NCBI GenBank assembly: GCA_964537195.1 | Contig: CAZHYZ010000001.1 | Coordinates: 5,522-69,521 of the forward strand | Source of the DNA: an uncultured Methanosarcinales archaeon | GTDB lineage: Archaea > Nanobdellota > Nanobdellia > Woesearchaeales > GW2011-AR15 | Length of the DNA stretch: 64,000 bases | Direction: 5' to 3' | Part shown: positions 48,416-57,171 of the stretch, in pieces | Position numbering within the stretch: position 1 is the stretch's first letter | Layout of the letters: every line of letters starts with the position of its first letter | Notes under the pieces: generated by a model | What the model was told of the DNA's origin: nothing | Databases searched by the model: none | Seen by the model: the letters and a program-made list of their open reading frames with translations, nothing else | Translations under genes and position numbers: made by a program

Positions 48416-50399
48416 CTACATCATTTGGACTTTCAATATTTAGCAAGTGTAGAATGGTTGGATATTGATCTACATGTTCAATTGGTTTACTCAATTCATA
48501 ACCTTCTTTTATTCCCGACCCTGCTATGATGAAAGGGGACCACATTCCTTTTGTTTCATTTGCAAAGATAGCCTGTTTGTAACCGGTTTTTAATGGTGTG
48601 TCAAATATTTTCCTGTCTTCTGTCATTTCCTCATTCCAACCATAGCCTGCCTCGTTTGCAATAATCAAATCTCCGACACGATCTTTTGGCAAATCAAGAT
48701 ATTCACTTACGTCTTCCCATTTTACAACTGCCCTGACAGGATTCTCGCCGGTTTCTGGATCTTCAATATCCCTTAAGCTGTTTATCACTTCTTGTCTGAG
48801 TTTCTCATATTCTTCTCCAGATGCTCTTGTCCAGTTTCCATCCAATCCCTCTGGATCAATATAGATGTTGTCCATTTTTAGATATATTACTTGGCTATTT
48901 TTCCAGTCAATTATTGGTTCTCCTGTTGTTGGATCAATTTCAAAATCTAACCATCCTTTCTCAGCAAAAAAATTGTTTAATCTCACCCATTTATTTAGTG
49001 GAACTGCTCCATGATCAGAACTGAAAACGATAATTGTGTTCTCATCAGAAACTTTGAGAATTTCTCCAACCATCTTGTCTAACTCTTTATACATATCTTT
49101 TACTTCTTTCCAGAGTTCTTCCCTTGTTTGATTATCTACTTCATTGTATCTCTTGCTAACAGGATCAATATATCCAAGCCACCACCTGCTTGTTAGCATT
49201 TGGTTTGGTGAATATATGTCATGTATTATTACATCAGGATTGTAGGTTTCATCTACAAAAGAAATTTCCTTGGTGTGCCAATCAAAAGACATGTTCATTT
49301 CTTCTAGAAACGTTTTCTTGTCCTCCGGATAATATATTAATTGTGGCGGGAAATTATCTACAAAATCAACCATAGGCCCCAGGTTCTCATTAAACTCAGT
49401 TCTAACAGAAGAAGGTTTCACATTATATTCATTTAGGTTGTTGTAGAAGAGTCTTATTCTAAAAAAGCCATCATCTTCCAATTTGATTATGTTTATTATT
49501 ACGTGTGTGTCTACATCAAGTGAGTTCCAATTAAGAACCAAGGGATTCCATTCACTCCACTCTCCCTGTTCTAAAACGGCCCATTTGTTTCTTTTATCAG
49601 GAGAGAATAAGATTTTATTGTAATTCTCAGACTCATCATTTGTACTGTCATATACATATCCATAAATTTTTTCTCCCCAACCAGAAAGTTCTATCTCAAA
49701 AGGTGGAGAATACGACTTTGGATTCAAAGTCCAATTTTTTGGCTCATTAGTTTTAATATATCTTGTGAGCTCAGGACCAAAAAAGAACAACCTAGAACCT
49801 CGTCCCTGTTTTTTTCTCTGGCTTAAATTCGATTCATATTCAAAGTTAATAGCATGAAAATCTGCCCCCCAACCACCCCATCTTCCTCTGATTGTCATTC
49901 CTTTGTCTAACTCAGGGGGCGTAGATCCGGGCATTGATAATAAAGCAACATTTAAATCATTTTTTTCTAGAGTTGTCCATATTGGTTCATTTTTCTTTGC
50001 TACAGAAGAAAATCCTGCTACTGAAACTTTATTTAATGGTGCACCTTCAACGTGCATGGGCCCATCTGCTACCCCATGTTTTTCAGGATATGTGCCTGTT
50101 AATAGTGTAGCGAAGTTTGTTGGAGTGTGGCTTGGAAAAGTCGGAATAGAATAACCATATGATCCTTTTTCCATTAATTTTTTTATATTAGGTAATTCCC
50201 CGGCCTCGGCCCACTCGAACAACTTAAATAAATCCGGATCTGCCCTCACACCATCCGGAATGAACCAGTATAGTTTTAATGATTTATCTTTTTCAATTTT
50301 TTTTTCTGAGTTTATAGTGCAAGAAACACCAAATATTAAAATAAAAATGAGAGACACAAAAATAACATTTTTTTTATTCAATTTATACACCCCAATCAA
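48384..50399 (-). CDS. Type I phosphodiesterase / nucleotide pyrophosphatase family (alkaline phosphatase superfamily), secreted
   Basis: Signal-anchor; PTFPSHTPTNFATLLTGTYPEKHG matches the Phosphodiest family metal/nucleophile motif; 671 aa. Confidence 0.65.
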   Translation of the reverse strand: MIGVYKLNKKNVIFVSLIFILIFGVSCTINSEKKIEKDKSLKLYWFIPDGVRADPDLFKLFEWAEAGELPNIKKLMEKGSYGYSIPTFPSHTPTNFATLLTGTYPEKHGVADGPMHVEGAPLNKVSVAGFSSVAKKNEPIWTTLEKNDLNVALLSMPGSTPPELDKGMTIRGRWGGWGADFHAINFEYESNLSQRKKQGRGSRLFFFGPELTRYIKTNEPKNWTLNPKSYSPPFEIELSGWGEKIYGYVYDSTNDESENYNKILFSPDKRNKWAVLEQGEWSEWNPLVLNWNSLDVDTHVIINIIKLEDDGFFRIRLFYNNLNEYNVKPSSVRTEFNENLGPMVDFVDNFPPQLIYYPEDKKTFLEEMNMSFDWHTKEISFVDETYNPDVIIHDIYSPNQMLTSRWWLGYIDPVSKRYNEVDNQTREELWKEVKDMYKELDKMVGEILKVSDENTIIVFSSDHGAVPLNKWVRLNNFFAEKGWLDFEIDPTTGEPIIDWKNSQVIYLKMDNIYIDPEGLDGNWTRASGEEYEKLRQEVINSLRDIEDPETGENPVRAVVKWEDVSEYLDLPKDRVGDLIIANEAGYGWNEEMTEDRKIFDTPLKTGYKQAIFANETKGMWSPFIIAGSGIKEGYELSKPIEHVDQYPTILHLLNIESPNDVDGKILREIFK

Positions 50400-50441
50400 A
50401 GGAAAGAAACACTTTATTTAAATTATTATCTTTCTTTTTCT

Positions 50442-50972
50442 CTATGAAACAAACTTACATCCTAGATTTTCTAGATATCTAAATTTTTCTGTGGTATTTT
50501 CTTTTAATGCAAAAAAATATTTCATTTCAATCAAATCTTCTCCGCATTTATGATAATATAGTATTGAACTGTAATTTATCAAATCCCAAGAGCAAGCCCC
50601 ATAGGTGAATCTTTCAGTCGCGTAGACAACATAGTAGTTTGAAATGTTGTTCTTTAAAGGTTTAAATTCTTTTCTACATTCTCTTAGATTGGAAATTCTT
50701 CCCGGATAGGGAGAAGGGGTTGTGTCATATAATGAATATAATATTAATAGACTATCGGATATGAACTCATCTGAAAAATCGCTATAGTTATAGTAAATAT
50801 TAATATCAATTCTTTCATCATCTTTTTTGGCAACTATATGTTTTCCATCTTTTAAATCATATTCTTCTTTTGAGAACTCTTTAGGGCCAGAATCTTTCTG
50901 ACAGGAAACCAAATTGAACATTAATAGTAAAAGAACAATTATAATCATTATAGGGTATTTTTTAATATACAT
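50442..50972 (-). CDS. Small signal-anchored protein, paralogue of 47813-48415 (partner protein B)
   Basis: Conserved PSPYPGRIS...RFTYGACSWDL...SILYYHKC block; follows the Cys-rich secreted protein gene by 5 nt. Confidence 0.4.
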   Translation of the reverse strand: MYIKKYPIMIIIVLLLLMFNLVSCQKDSGPKEFSKEEYDLKDGKHIVAKKDDERIDINIYYNYSDFSDEFISDSLLILYSLYDTTPSPYPGRISNLRECRKEFKPLKNNISNYYVVYATERFTYGACSWDLINYSSILYYHKCGEDLIEMKYFFALKENTTEKFRYLENLGCKFVS

Positions 50973-50976
50973 TTTT

Positions 50977-52266
50977 TTATTTTGATTTGTTGTTTTGTGT
51001 TTTATTTAACATTTTCTCTTTACATTCTTCTGAGTACTTATCTGGTAGCTTGTCACAAACTTTTGGATCATTATAAAACTCTGACATTAAAATTTCTGTC
51101 AGTAATAAATTATAGCAAAAATTACTATGTTTGTCTTTGAAGGTTGTGCTATTTACAGATATTTCTGAACATTTTTTAACACCTTCCTCAATATCAAGCA
51201 GTAAATATTCACTTAAATAATAAATATACCCAAGTATGCACTCCTCTTTATATTTTTCCGGAAAATCCTCACAAAGCTCGTGTGTGTTCTCCATCCTGTC
51301 CTCAAACCAACCGTGCCTTGCTATTTTAATGAAACATAAGTCAGATAAATTCTTATCTTCTAGGGATTTACAATAGTTAAGATCTATCTTCATGTCTTCA
51401 TTATAGCTTAACATAATACCAAAGATTCCCTCAAAACAAAAATTACGAAACCCAGAGGTATTACACAAAGCAAAGGATTCATTTTTTTTATTTATGTAGT
51501 ATGTTCCGCCTAGTCCCCCATAACAGTCTTTTTTAAATTCTTTGTTTGTTATATTACAAAACAACTCTGTCTTGTTAGATTCTAATAGATAAACAACATG
51601 ATCATGGCATCCAAAATATTTTGAAGTGCTGCTGAGAGTACATAACTCATCAATTATTTTAAGATTAGGTTCTTTTGTTTTAGAAATCTCGTCTGCTAGA
51701 AGGAAAAAACATTCAGACCTCCAATTTTTATCCTTAATTTCAGAACAGAAGTTCTTGTAGTCTTTGATATTTGATTCAATTGAAGACTTGTTCAGACTTA
51801 GGGAGGTCATTACATAATATTGGCACTCACCAGCGAGGGCCTCATTCTCTAAATCACAAATTTCTTTTACCTTAGAAACATTTTTCTTTCCATATTTTAT
51901 TGCTTCAAGAAAGATTGTATGAATCTGATAATAATCTTCTTCCGCACTTATGTTCTTTGTTATAAATTCCACCATGTGAGGTCTATCGATTATTCTATTA
52001 CAGATCCTTTTTATGTATGGGTTCTGAATATATGAAATAGAAACTTCTGCTTCATCCAAGGGACCACTGCTTCTCAATTGAAAGATTAATTTGTCTTTGT
52101 AACACAAATCTTTTTTAAGACCATTTCTTATATCCTGACAATCAAAAGTGAAGGAATTCATTGTATTATTAATGGTGTTGTCTAGATTAGGATTATTGCA
52201 GGAGTTAATTAAAAACAGGATTAACGCCATAAATATAACTGTGGTCTTTTTATTAAGATTAATCAT
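50977..52266 (-). CDS. Secreted Cys-rich protein (hypothetical)
   Basis: Signal peptide then regularly spaced Cys pairs along its 429 aa; no family recognised. Confidence 0.4.
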   Translation of the reverse strand: MINLNKKTTVIFMALILFLINSCNNPNLDNTINNTMNSFTFDCQDIRNGLKKDLCYKDKLIFQLRSSGPLDEAEVSISYIQNPYIKRICNRIIDRPHMVEFITKNISAEEDYYQIHTIFLEAIKYGKKNVSKVKEICDLENEALAGECQYYVMTSLSLNKSSIESNIKDYKNFCSEIKDKNWRSECFFLLADEISKTKEPNLKIIDELCTLSSTSKYFGCHDHVVYLLESNKTELFCNITNKEFKKDCYGGLGGTYYINKKNESFALCNTSGFRNFCFEGIFGIMLSYNEDMKIDLNYCKSLEDKNLSDLCFIKIARHGWFEDRMENTHELCEDFPEKYKEECILGYIYYLSEYLLLDIEEGVKKCSEISVNSTTFKDKHSNFCYNLLLTEILMSEFYNDPKVCDKLPDKYSEECKEKMLNKTQNNKSK

Positions 52267-52306
52267 TGAGAATTAGAAAAACTTTTTTCGTATAAATGTC
52301 TTTCTG

Positions 52307-52759
52307 ATGACAAACCATTCAAAGAAAGAAATTTATATAACTCTTCTATTACTATTTATTTATATGAAAAGATATACCAAAGAACAACTGATTTTTTACC
52401 TTCAGAAATTAGCTAAGAAACTAAAGGCTACCCCCACAACAAAAGAGATGGATAGTTATAAGAAATTTCCTTCCTCTGGAACCTATTATGTGAGGTTTGG
52501 TTCGTGGAATAAAGCACTAAAAAAAGCGGGACTAAAACTCAATATTAAAACGAAATATACGAAAGAAGAACTTAAAGAGAATCTTAGATTACTTACCAAA
52601 GAACTTGGTCGCGTTCCAAAATCATCAGATTTAAAAAATAAGAAATGGGCAGCTTCCTACGCCACATACAGAAAATACTTCGGGAGCTGGAAAAAAGCAC
52701 TGAGAGCAGCAAAACTAAACCAACTTAGTTTCATTAATCTTAAATCTTTCTCCAAATAA
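52307..52759 (+). CDS. Tandem-repeat protein (two approximately 50-aa repeats; resembles the archaeal homing-endonuclease-associated repeat)
   Basis: Repeat 1 YTKEQLIFYLQKLAKKLKATPTTKEMD...YYVRFGSWNKALKKAGL and repeat 2 YTKEELKENLRLLTKELGRVPKSSDL...YRKYFGSWKKALRAAKL. Confidence 0.45.
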   Translation: MTNHSKKEIYITLLLLFIYMKRYTKEQLIFYLQKLAKKLKATPTTKEMDSYKKFPSSGTYYVRFGSWNKALKKAGLKLNIKTKYTKEELKENLRLLTKELGRVPKSSDLKNKKWAASYATYRKYFGSWKKALRAAKLNQLSFINLKSFSK

Positions 52760-52798
52760 AAAGAAACAAATTTAAGTTAACAACTATAACAAACTAGT

Positions 52799-54571
52799 AT
52801 GGAATATAAACAGCTTGTTGAATTATATGAAAAGCTCGACAGCACTTCAAAAAGGCTTGAAATGACTTATTATGTTTCTCGGTTCATAGAAAAGATAGAT
52901 GTAGAGGATTTACCTAGAATCATGTTACTCATACAAGGCAAAATATTCCCAGATTGGCAAGACAAAAAGATTGGAATGTCATCTAATCTAGTTATTAAAT
53001 GTATAAACAAAGCAACAGGGATTTCTGAAAAGGAAATCAAAAGAGAGTGGAAAAAAGAAGGTGATTTAGGGACTGTTGCAGGAAAATTAATAAAAAAAAG
53101 AAAGCAAGCTTCTCTTTTTCCTAAAAAACTTACTGTAAAGAAAGTCTTTGACAGTTTACAGAGTCTATCCTTAATGAAAGGAAGAGGTAGCACAAGCAGG
53201 AAGACAGATCTTGTTGCAGAACTTCTGATATCAGCAAGTCCAAAAGAGGCAAAGTATGTTACAAGGACTGTTCTGGACAAATTAAGATTGGGGATAGGTC
53301 GCGGAACAATTAGAGATTCCTTGGTTTGGGCATTTTTTTCAGATAAATTGGATCTTGAGTATGATGAAAAAGAAAATGACATTTCTCTTTCAGACGAGAA
53401 AAGAGATCAACATAACCAAATATTAGAAAAAGTACAGCATGCTTATGACCTTACAAATGACTTTGGCAAAGTTGCAAATAAATTAAAAAAAGGCGGTTTA
53501 GAAGAACTTGAAGAATTAAGTATTGAAGTAGGTAAGCCAATAAATGTAATGCTTTTCCAGAAAGTAGACACAGTTGAAGAGGCGTTTGAGACAGTTGGAA
53601 AGCCTGCTGCTTTTGAATATAAATATGATGGTTTTAGATTACAGATTCACAAAAACAAAGACGAGATTAAACTATTTACAAGACGTTTGGAAAATGTTAC
53701 TGAACAATTTCCGGATATTGTCTCTGCTTTAAAAGAAGCAATAAAAGTTGATTTCTGTATTATTGATGGTGAAACAGTTGGATTTAATCCTAAAAATGGA
53801 GAGTATTTACCCTTCCAGAAAATCTCTCAAAGGATTAAGAGAAAATATGATATAGAAACCATGTCAGAAAAATTCCCTGTAGAGATAAATTTGTTTGATA
53901 TACTTTATTATAGAGACAAGAATGTGATAAAAGAACCATTTAGAAAAAGGCGTGAATTTTTGAAAAAATCAATTAAAGAAATCCAGAAAAAGGTTGTTCT
54001 TGCAAAACAGATAATAACAGACAATATTGAAGAAGCACAAAAATTCTATGAAGAATCTCTAGCACTGGGAGAGGAGGGATTAATGGCTAAAAACTTGGAA
54101 GCTGAATACAAACCAGGATCTCGTGTTGGTTATGGTGTAAAGATTAAATCTATTATGGAACCACTTGATTTAGTAATTGTTGCAGCAGAATATGGAGAAG
54201 GCAAACGCTCCGGTTGGTTAACTAGCTTTTATTTAGCGTGTTCTGATAATGGCAACCTAAAAGAGATAGGGAAGGTCTCCACAGGATTGAAAGAGCTACA
54301 GACAGAGGAAGAAACCTCATTTAAAGATATGACCGACTTACTAAAACCACATATTACTAAGAGCACAGGTAAACATGTTGAGATAGTGCCAAAGATAGTG
54401 ATTGAAGTAGGTTACGAAGAGATACAGAAATCAACTAAGTATGATTCTGGATATGCCCTAAGGTTTCCCAGATTTTCTAGGTTAAGGACAGATGAGAAAA
54501 CTGTTGAAGATATTAATTCTTTGAAAGAGGTAGAAAGACTATATAAAAACCAGAGAGGACGTAACAAATAA
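52799..54571 (+). CDS. lig: ATP-dependent DNA ligase
   Basis: KxDG adenylation motif (EYKYDGFRLQIH), downstream NTase and OB-fold motifs; 590 aa. Confidence 0.9.
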   Translation: MEYKQLVELYEKLDSTSKRLEMTYYVSRFIEKIDVEDLPRIMLLIQGKIFPDWQDKKIGMSSNLVIKCINKATGISEKEIKREWKKEGDLGTVAGKLIKKRKQASLFPKKLTVKKVFDSLQSLSLMKGRGSTSRKTDLVAELLISASPKEAKYVTRTVLDKLRLGIGRGTIRDSLVWAFFSDKLDLEYDEKENDISLSDEKRDQHNQILEKVQHAYDLTNDFGKVANKLKKGGLEELEELSIEVGKPINVMLFQKVDTVEEAFETVGKPAAFEYKYDGFRLQIHKNKDEIKLFTRRLENVTEQFPDIVSALKEAIKVDFCIIDGETVGFNPKNGEYLPFQKISQRIKRKYDIETMSEKFPVEINLFDILYYRDKNVIKEPFRKRREFLKKSIKEIQKKVVLAKQIITDNIEEAQKFYEESLALGEEGLMAKNLEAEYKPGSRVGYGVKIKSIMEPLDLVIVAAEYGEGKRSGWLTSFYLACSDNGNLKEIGKVSTGLKELQTEEETSFKDMTDLLKPHITKSTGKHVEIVPKIVIEVGYEEIQKSTKYDSGYALRFPRFSRLRTDEKTVEDINSLKEVERLYKNQRGRNK

Positions 54572-54599
54572 TATAAATAATCTCTTAATTTGATTTAAA

Positions 54600-54761
54600 A
54601 TGGCAAAATGTGCAATCTGTAAAAACAAAATTGGAGAAACCTTTCTCAATAAGATTATAGGAACACACATTAAAGATGAGAAAGGAAAGAAATATGTTGT
54701 CTGTTTTGAATGTCAACGTAAATTTCCAAGTAAAGAAGAGAAACTAAAACAGATAAAATAA
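54600..54761 (+). CDS. Small Zn-ribbon protein (53 aa)
   Basis: Hand translation MAKCAICKNKIGETFLNKIIGTHIKDEKGKKYVVCFECQRKFPSKEEKLKQIK (CxxC...CxxC); under the 60-aa cut-off. Confidence 0.45.
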   Translation: MAKCAICKNKIGETFLNKIIGTHIKDEKGKKYVVCFECQRKFPSKEEKLKQIK

Positions 54762-54799
54762 AAATCTTTTTTAAACTCTTATTTATTCTTATCTTGAGT

Positions 54800-54883
54800 G
54801 CCCTCATAGCTCAGCGGTAGAGCGACAGTCTCGTAACTAGCCAAGAAAACTGTAGGTCGGGAGTTCAACTCTCTCTGAGGGCT
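54800..54883 (+). tRNA. tRNA-Thr(CGU) with a 12-nt intron at the canonical position
   Basis: Acceptor GCCCUCA/UGAGGGC plus discriminator U; D-stem GCUC/GAGC; anticodon stem ACAGU/ACUGU, loop CUCGUAA; T-arm GGGAG-UUCAACU-CUCUC; intron ACTAGCCAAGAA at 54836-54847. Confidence 0.75.
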
Positions 54884-54888
54884 TGAAA
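54873..54888 (+). repeat. Direct repeat copy 1 (CTCTGAGGGCTTGAAA) spanning the tRNA-Thr 3' end
   Basis: A 16-nt exact match to 54956-54971. Confidence 0.6.
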
Positions 54889-54955
54889 ATGTACTCTTCT
54901 TATGAATAGTACGTTCCTTTGGTTTCTAACCTTTGAAAAGGTTAGGTTTAAATCG

Positions 54956-54971
54956 CTCTGAGGGCTTGAAA
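54956..54971 (+). repeat. Direct repeat copy 2 (CTCTGAGGGCTTGAAA): duplicated tRNA-Thr 3' end, att-like
   Basis: An exact 16-nt copy of the T-stem/acceptor/discriminator plus trailer, 83 bp downstream; abuts the ATG of the next ORF. Confidence 0.6.
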
Positions 54972-55306
54972 TGGAAAAAATACTTGTCGTATTAAGTGAT
55001 TTATTTTTCGCTGCAAAAATAAGAACCGTAGCAGCAAAGTTAAACAAAGAACTTGTAATTGTTCGGACAAAAGAAGACTTGCTTAGTGAGTTGTCTTTTG
55101 GTGATGTGGATAAAATGATTATAGATCTTAATTTCTCTAAATTTGACATATTCACTCTTTTTAATGAAATAGATACAAAAGACATTTACACTATCGGATA
55201 TTGTTTAGAGGTAAATGTTAACATAATGAGAAAAGCAGAGAACTTCTTTGATTTGGTGTTAACAAGAGAAGATTTTTCTAAGCGTCTTCCAGAATTACTG
55301 TCATAA
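54971..55306 (+). CDS. Hypothetical protein (possible receiver-like alpha/beta fold)
   Basis: 111-aa ORF, MEKILVVLSDL...; no family recognised. Confidence 0.3.
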   Translation: MEKILVVLSDLFFAAKIRTVAAKLNKELVIVRTKEDLLSELSFGDVDKMIIDLNFSKFDIFTLFNEIDTKDIYTIGYCLEVNVNIMRKAENFFDLVLTREDFSKRLPELLS

Positions 55307-55329
55307 TAACATATGTTTTTTTAAATATT

Positions 55330-55917
55330 GTGTGCTTTCTTTTTTGGATGGCGGTAAAGAAAATCCCTATGCAGAGAATCCGTGAGCAATACAAGAAGTT
55401 AAATATAGATAGAAGATGGTTTCTTCTGCTATTTGTCTTGCTTGTTTTATCTTTTTTCATTAATATATGGCCATTTGTTTTTTTGATGTTGTTTAGTGTA
55501 GCAAATGCTTTACTGCTTTCTATTGATAGATATGTGCAAGCCCCACTTGATTTAGAGTTTTCAACATTCTCTGCTGTCTTGATGACAATGGAATATAATG
55601 TTAAGTGGGGAATTGCTGCAGCAATATTGACAAAAATAGCAGGCATAATTTATAATAGAAATGTTAGGATGGATCACTTGTTTATGGTTATTGGTTATAT
55701 TATAGCAGCAATTACTGCAAGCCTTTTTTCTGGGATGGGTGTTGCTTCAGTAGGGATTATCTCAACGTTAGTTGTTAATCTTTATATTGTGTTTGTTTCT
55801 AGATTTATTACAATGCTTTCTACATATGAGATTATTATGTATGGTAGCTCAAACACAATCTTTAACATAGTTCTTTTTATTGGGTTTGGAGATCTCTTTA
55901 GAATATTAATGTTTTAG
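55330..55917 (+). CDS. Integral membrane protein, tandem paralogue 1
   Basis: Shares RW.FLL.FV...SFFI..WP..FL.LFSV.N..LLS..RY..AP.D.E.STFSA.LMT with the next gene; 5-6 TM helices. Confidence 0.45.
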   Translation: MCFLFWMAVKKIPMQRIREQYKKLNIDRRWFLLLFVLLVLSFFINIWPFVFLMLFSVANALLLSIDRYVQAPLDLEFSTFSAVLMTMEYNVKWGIAAAILTKIAGIIYNRNVRMDHLFMVIGYIIAAITASLFSGMGVASVGIISTLVVNLYIVFVSRFITMLSTYEIIMYGSSNTIFNIVLFIGFGDLFRILMF

Positions 55918-55952
55918 AAAGAGTTTTATATATAAAAAACCGAATACCTTAG

Positions 55953-56516
55953 ATGTCTAGAAAAAAAAGTTCTCCAAGCAAAAAGAGACATCTGAAATTC
56001 AAAGTAGATAAAAAGTGGCTCTTTCTTGGATTATTTGTGTGGATAATTTCTTTTTTCATTGATGTGTGGCCAATTATTTTTTTAACTTTTTTTTCTGTAT
56101 TGAATTCAATGATGCTTTCTTTTAAGAGGTATTTTGACGCCCCTGCGGATATAGAACTATCAACTTTTTCCGCTATCTTAATGACTAATCAGTATGGTCT
56201 TACATATGGCATTATAACAGCAATCGTCACAAAGCTTGTTTCCATGTTGTATATTAAAGTGATAAAAGTAAATTATTTTTTCATGATGACATCCTATGTT
56301 GTGGCTGCAATATTGGCAGAAGTATTCTCAGGAATGAATATAGTTACTCTGGGTTTACTTGTTACAGGTTTATCAAATATATATGTAAGTTTTGTAAGAA
56401 AGTTTGTAGTCCAATATTCTACTTTTGAGATAATATCTTATGGACTTACTAATATTATATTTAATGTTGTTATGTTTGTTGGGTTTGCTGAATTAGTATT
56501 GAAAATCATGATATAA
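55953..56516 (+). CDS. Integral membrane protein, tandem paralogue 2
   Basis: Collinear similarity to the 55330-55917 product over its whole length. Confidence 0.45.
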   Translation: MSRKKSSPSKKRHLKFKVDKKWLFLGLFVWIISFFIDVWPIIFLTFFSVLNSMMLSFKRYFDAPADIELSTFSAILMTNQYGLTYGIITAIVTKLVSMLYIKVIKVNYFFMMTSYVVAAILAEVFSGMNIVTLGLLVTGLSNIYVSFVRKFVVQYSTFEIISYGLTNIIFNVVMFVGFAELVLKIMI

Positions 56517-56545
56517 TTTTTATATCAGAGAGGTTTTTTCCTTTT

Positions 56546-57136
56546 ATGACACATTATTACTCAGAAAAACAAAATTCTGAAGTTAGCTTAAAAAAAATTC
56601 ATATAGGAGTTAAGGGATTAAGTTTTGATATATTTACTGCTCAAGGAGTTTTTTCAAAAGATAAGCTGGACAAAGGTACGAAGACACTTATTGAAAATTG
56701 TGTTATTGAAAAAGATTGGTCTGTATTGGACATGGGTTCTGGTTATGGTGTTGTGGGGATTTCTATAAAGAAATTATTTCCTTCTGTTAAGGTTGTTATG
56801 GCAGACATAAATGAAAGGGCAGTTATGCTTTGTAAGAAAAATATCAAGTTGCACAAATTGAAAGAAGTAAGAGCTATTAAAAGTGATATATATTCTGAAA
56901 TAGAAGGAGACTTTAATACAGTCTTAGTGAATCCTCCCCAGACAGCAGGTAAAGAGATTTGTTTTAGCATTATTGAGGGTGCTAAAAAACATCTTTTTGA
57001 AAGGGGATTGTTGCAATTAGTTGCAAGACACAGAAAAGGTGGTGTATCTTTAGAAAAAAAGATGAAAGAAGTCTTCGGAAATGTTGATACAATTGCTAAA
57101 TCTGGCGGATACAGAGTTTATGTTAGTAAGAGGTAA
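56546..57136 (+). CDS. Class I SAM-dependent methyltransferase (RsmC/RlmG small-domain type)
   Basis: VLDMGSGYGVVGI SAM-binding motif I and the LVNPP catalytic motif (NPPF/H-like). Confidence 0.75.
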   Translation: MTHYYSEKQNSEVSLKKIHIGVKGLSFDIFTAQGVFSKDKLDKGTKTLIENCVIEKDWSVLDMGSGYGVVGISIKKLFPSVKVVMADINERAVMLCKKNIKLHKLKEVRAIKSDIYSEIEGDFNTVLVNPPQTAGKEICFSIIEGAKKHLFERGLLQLVARHRKGGVSLEKKMKEVFGNVDTIAKSGGYRVYVSKR

Positions 57137-57171
57137 AATTTATATAATGTGTTTGCAGTAAACTAATTAAT

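Noticed and set aside
54873-54971. Considered whether the repeated 16-mer could be a minimal CRISPR array
   Set aside because: There are only two copies. The first is part of a tRNA, and no further repeat units or cas genes are present.
54865-55185. 106-aa minus-strand ORF spanning the tRNA-Thr 3' end, repeat and start of the next gene
   Set aside because: It overlaps a tRNA and a better plus-strand ORF. Its translation is Ser-rich and low complexity.
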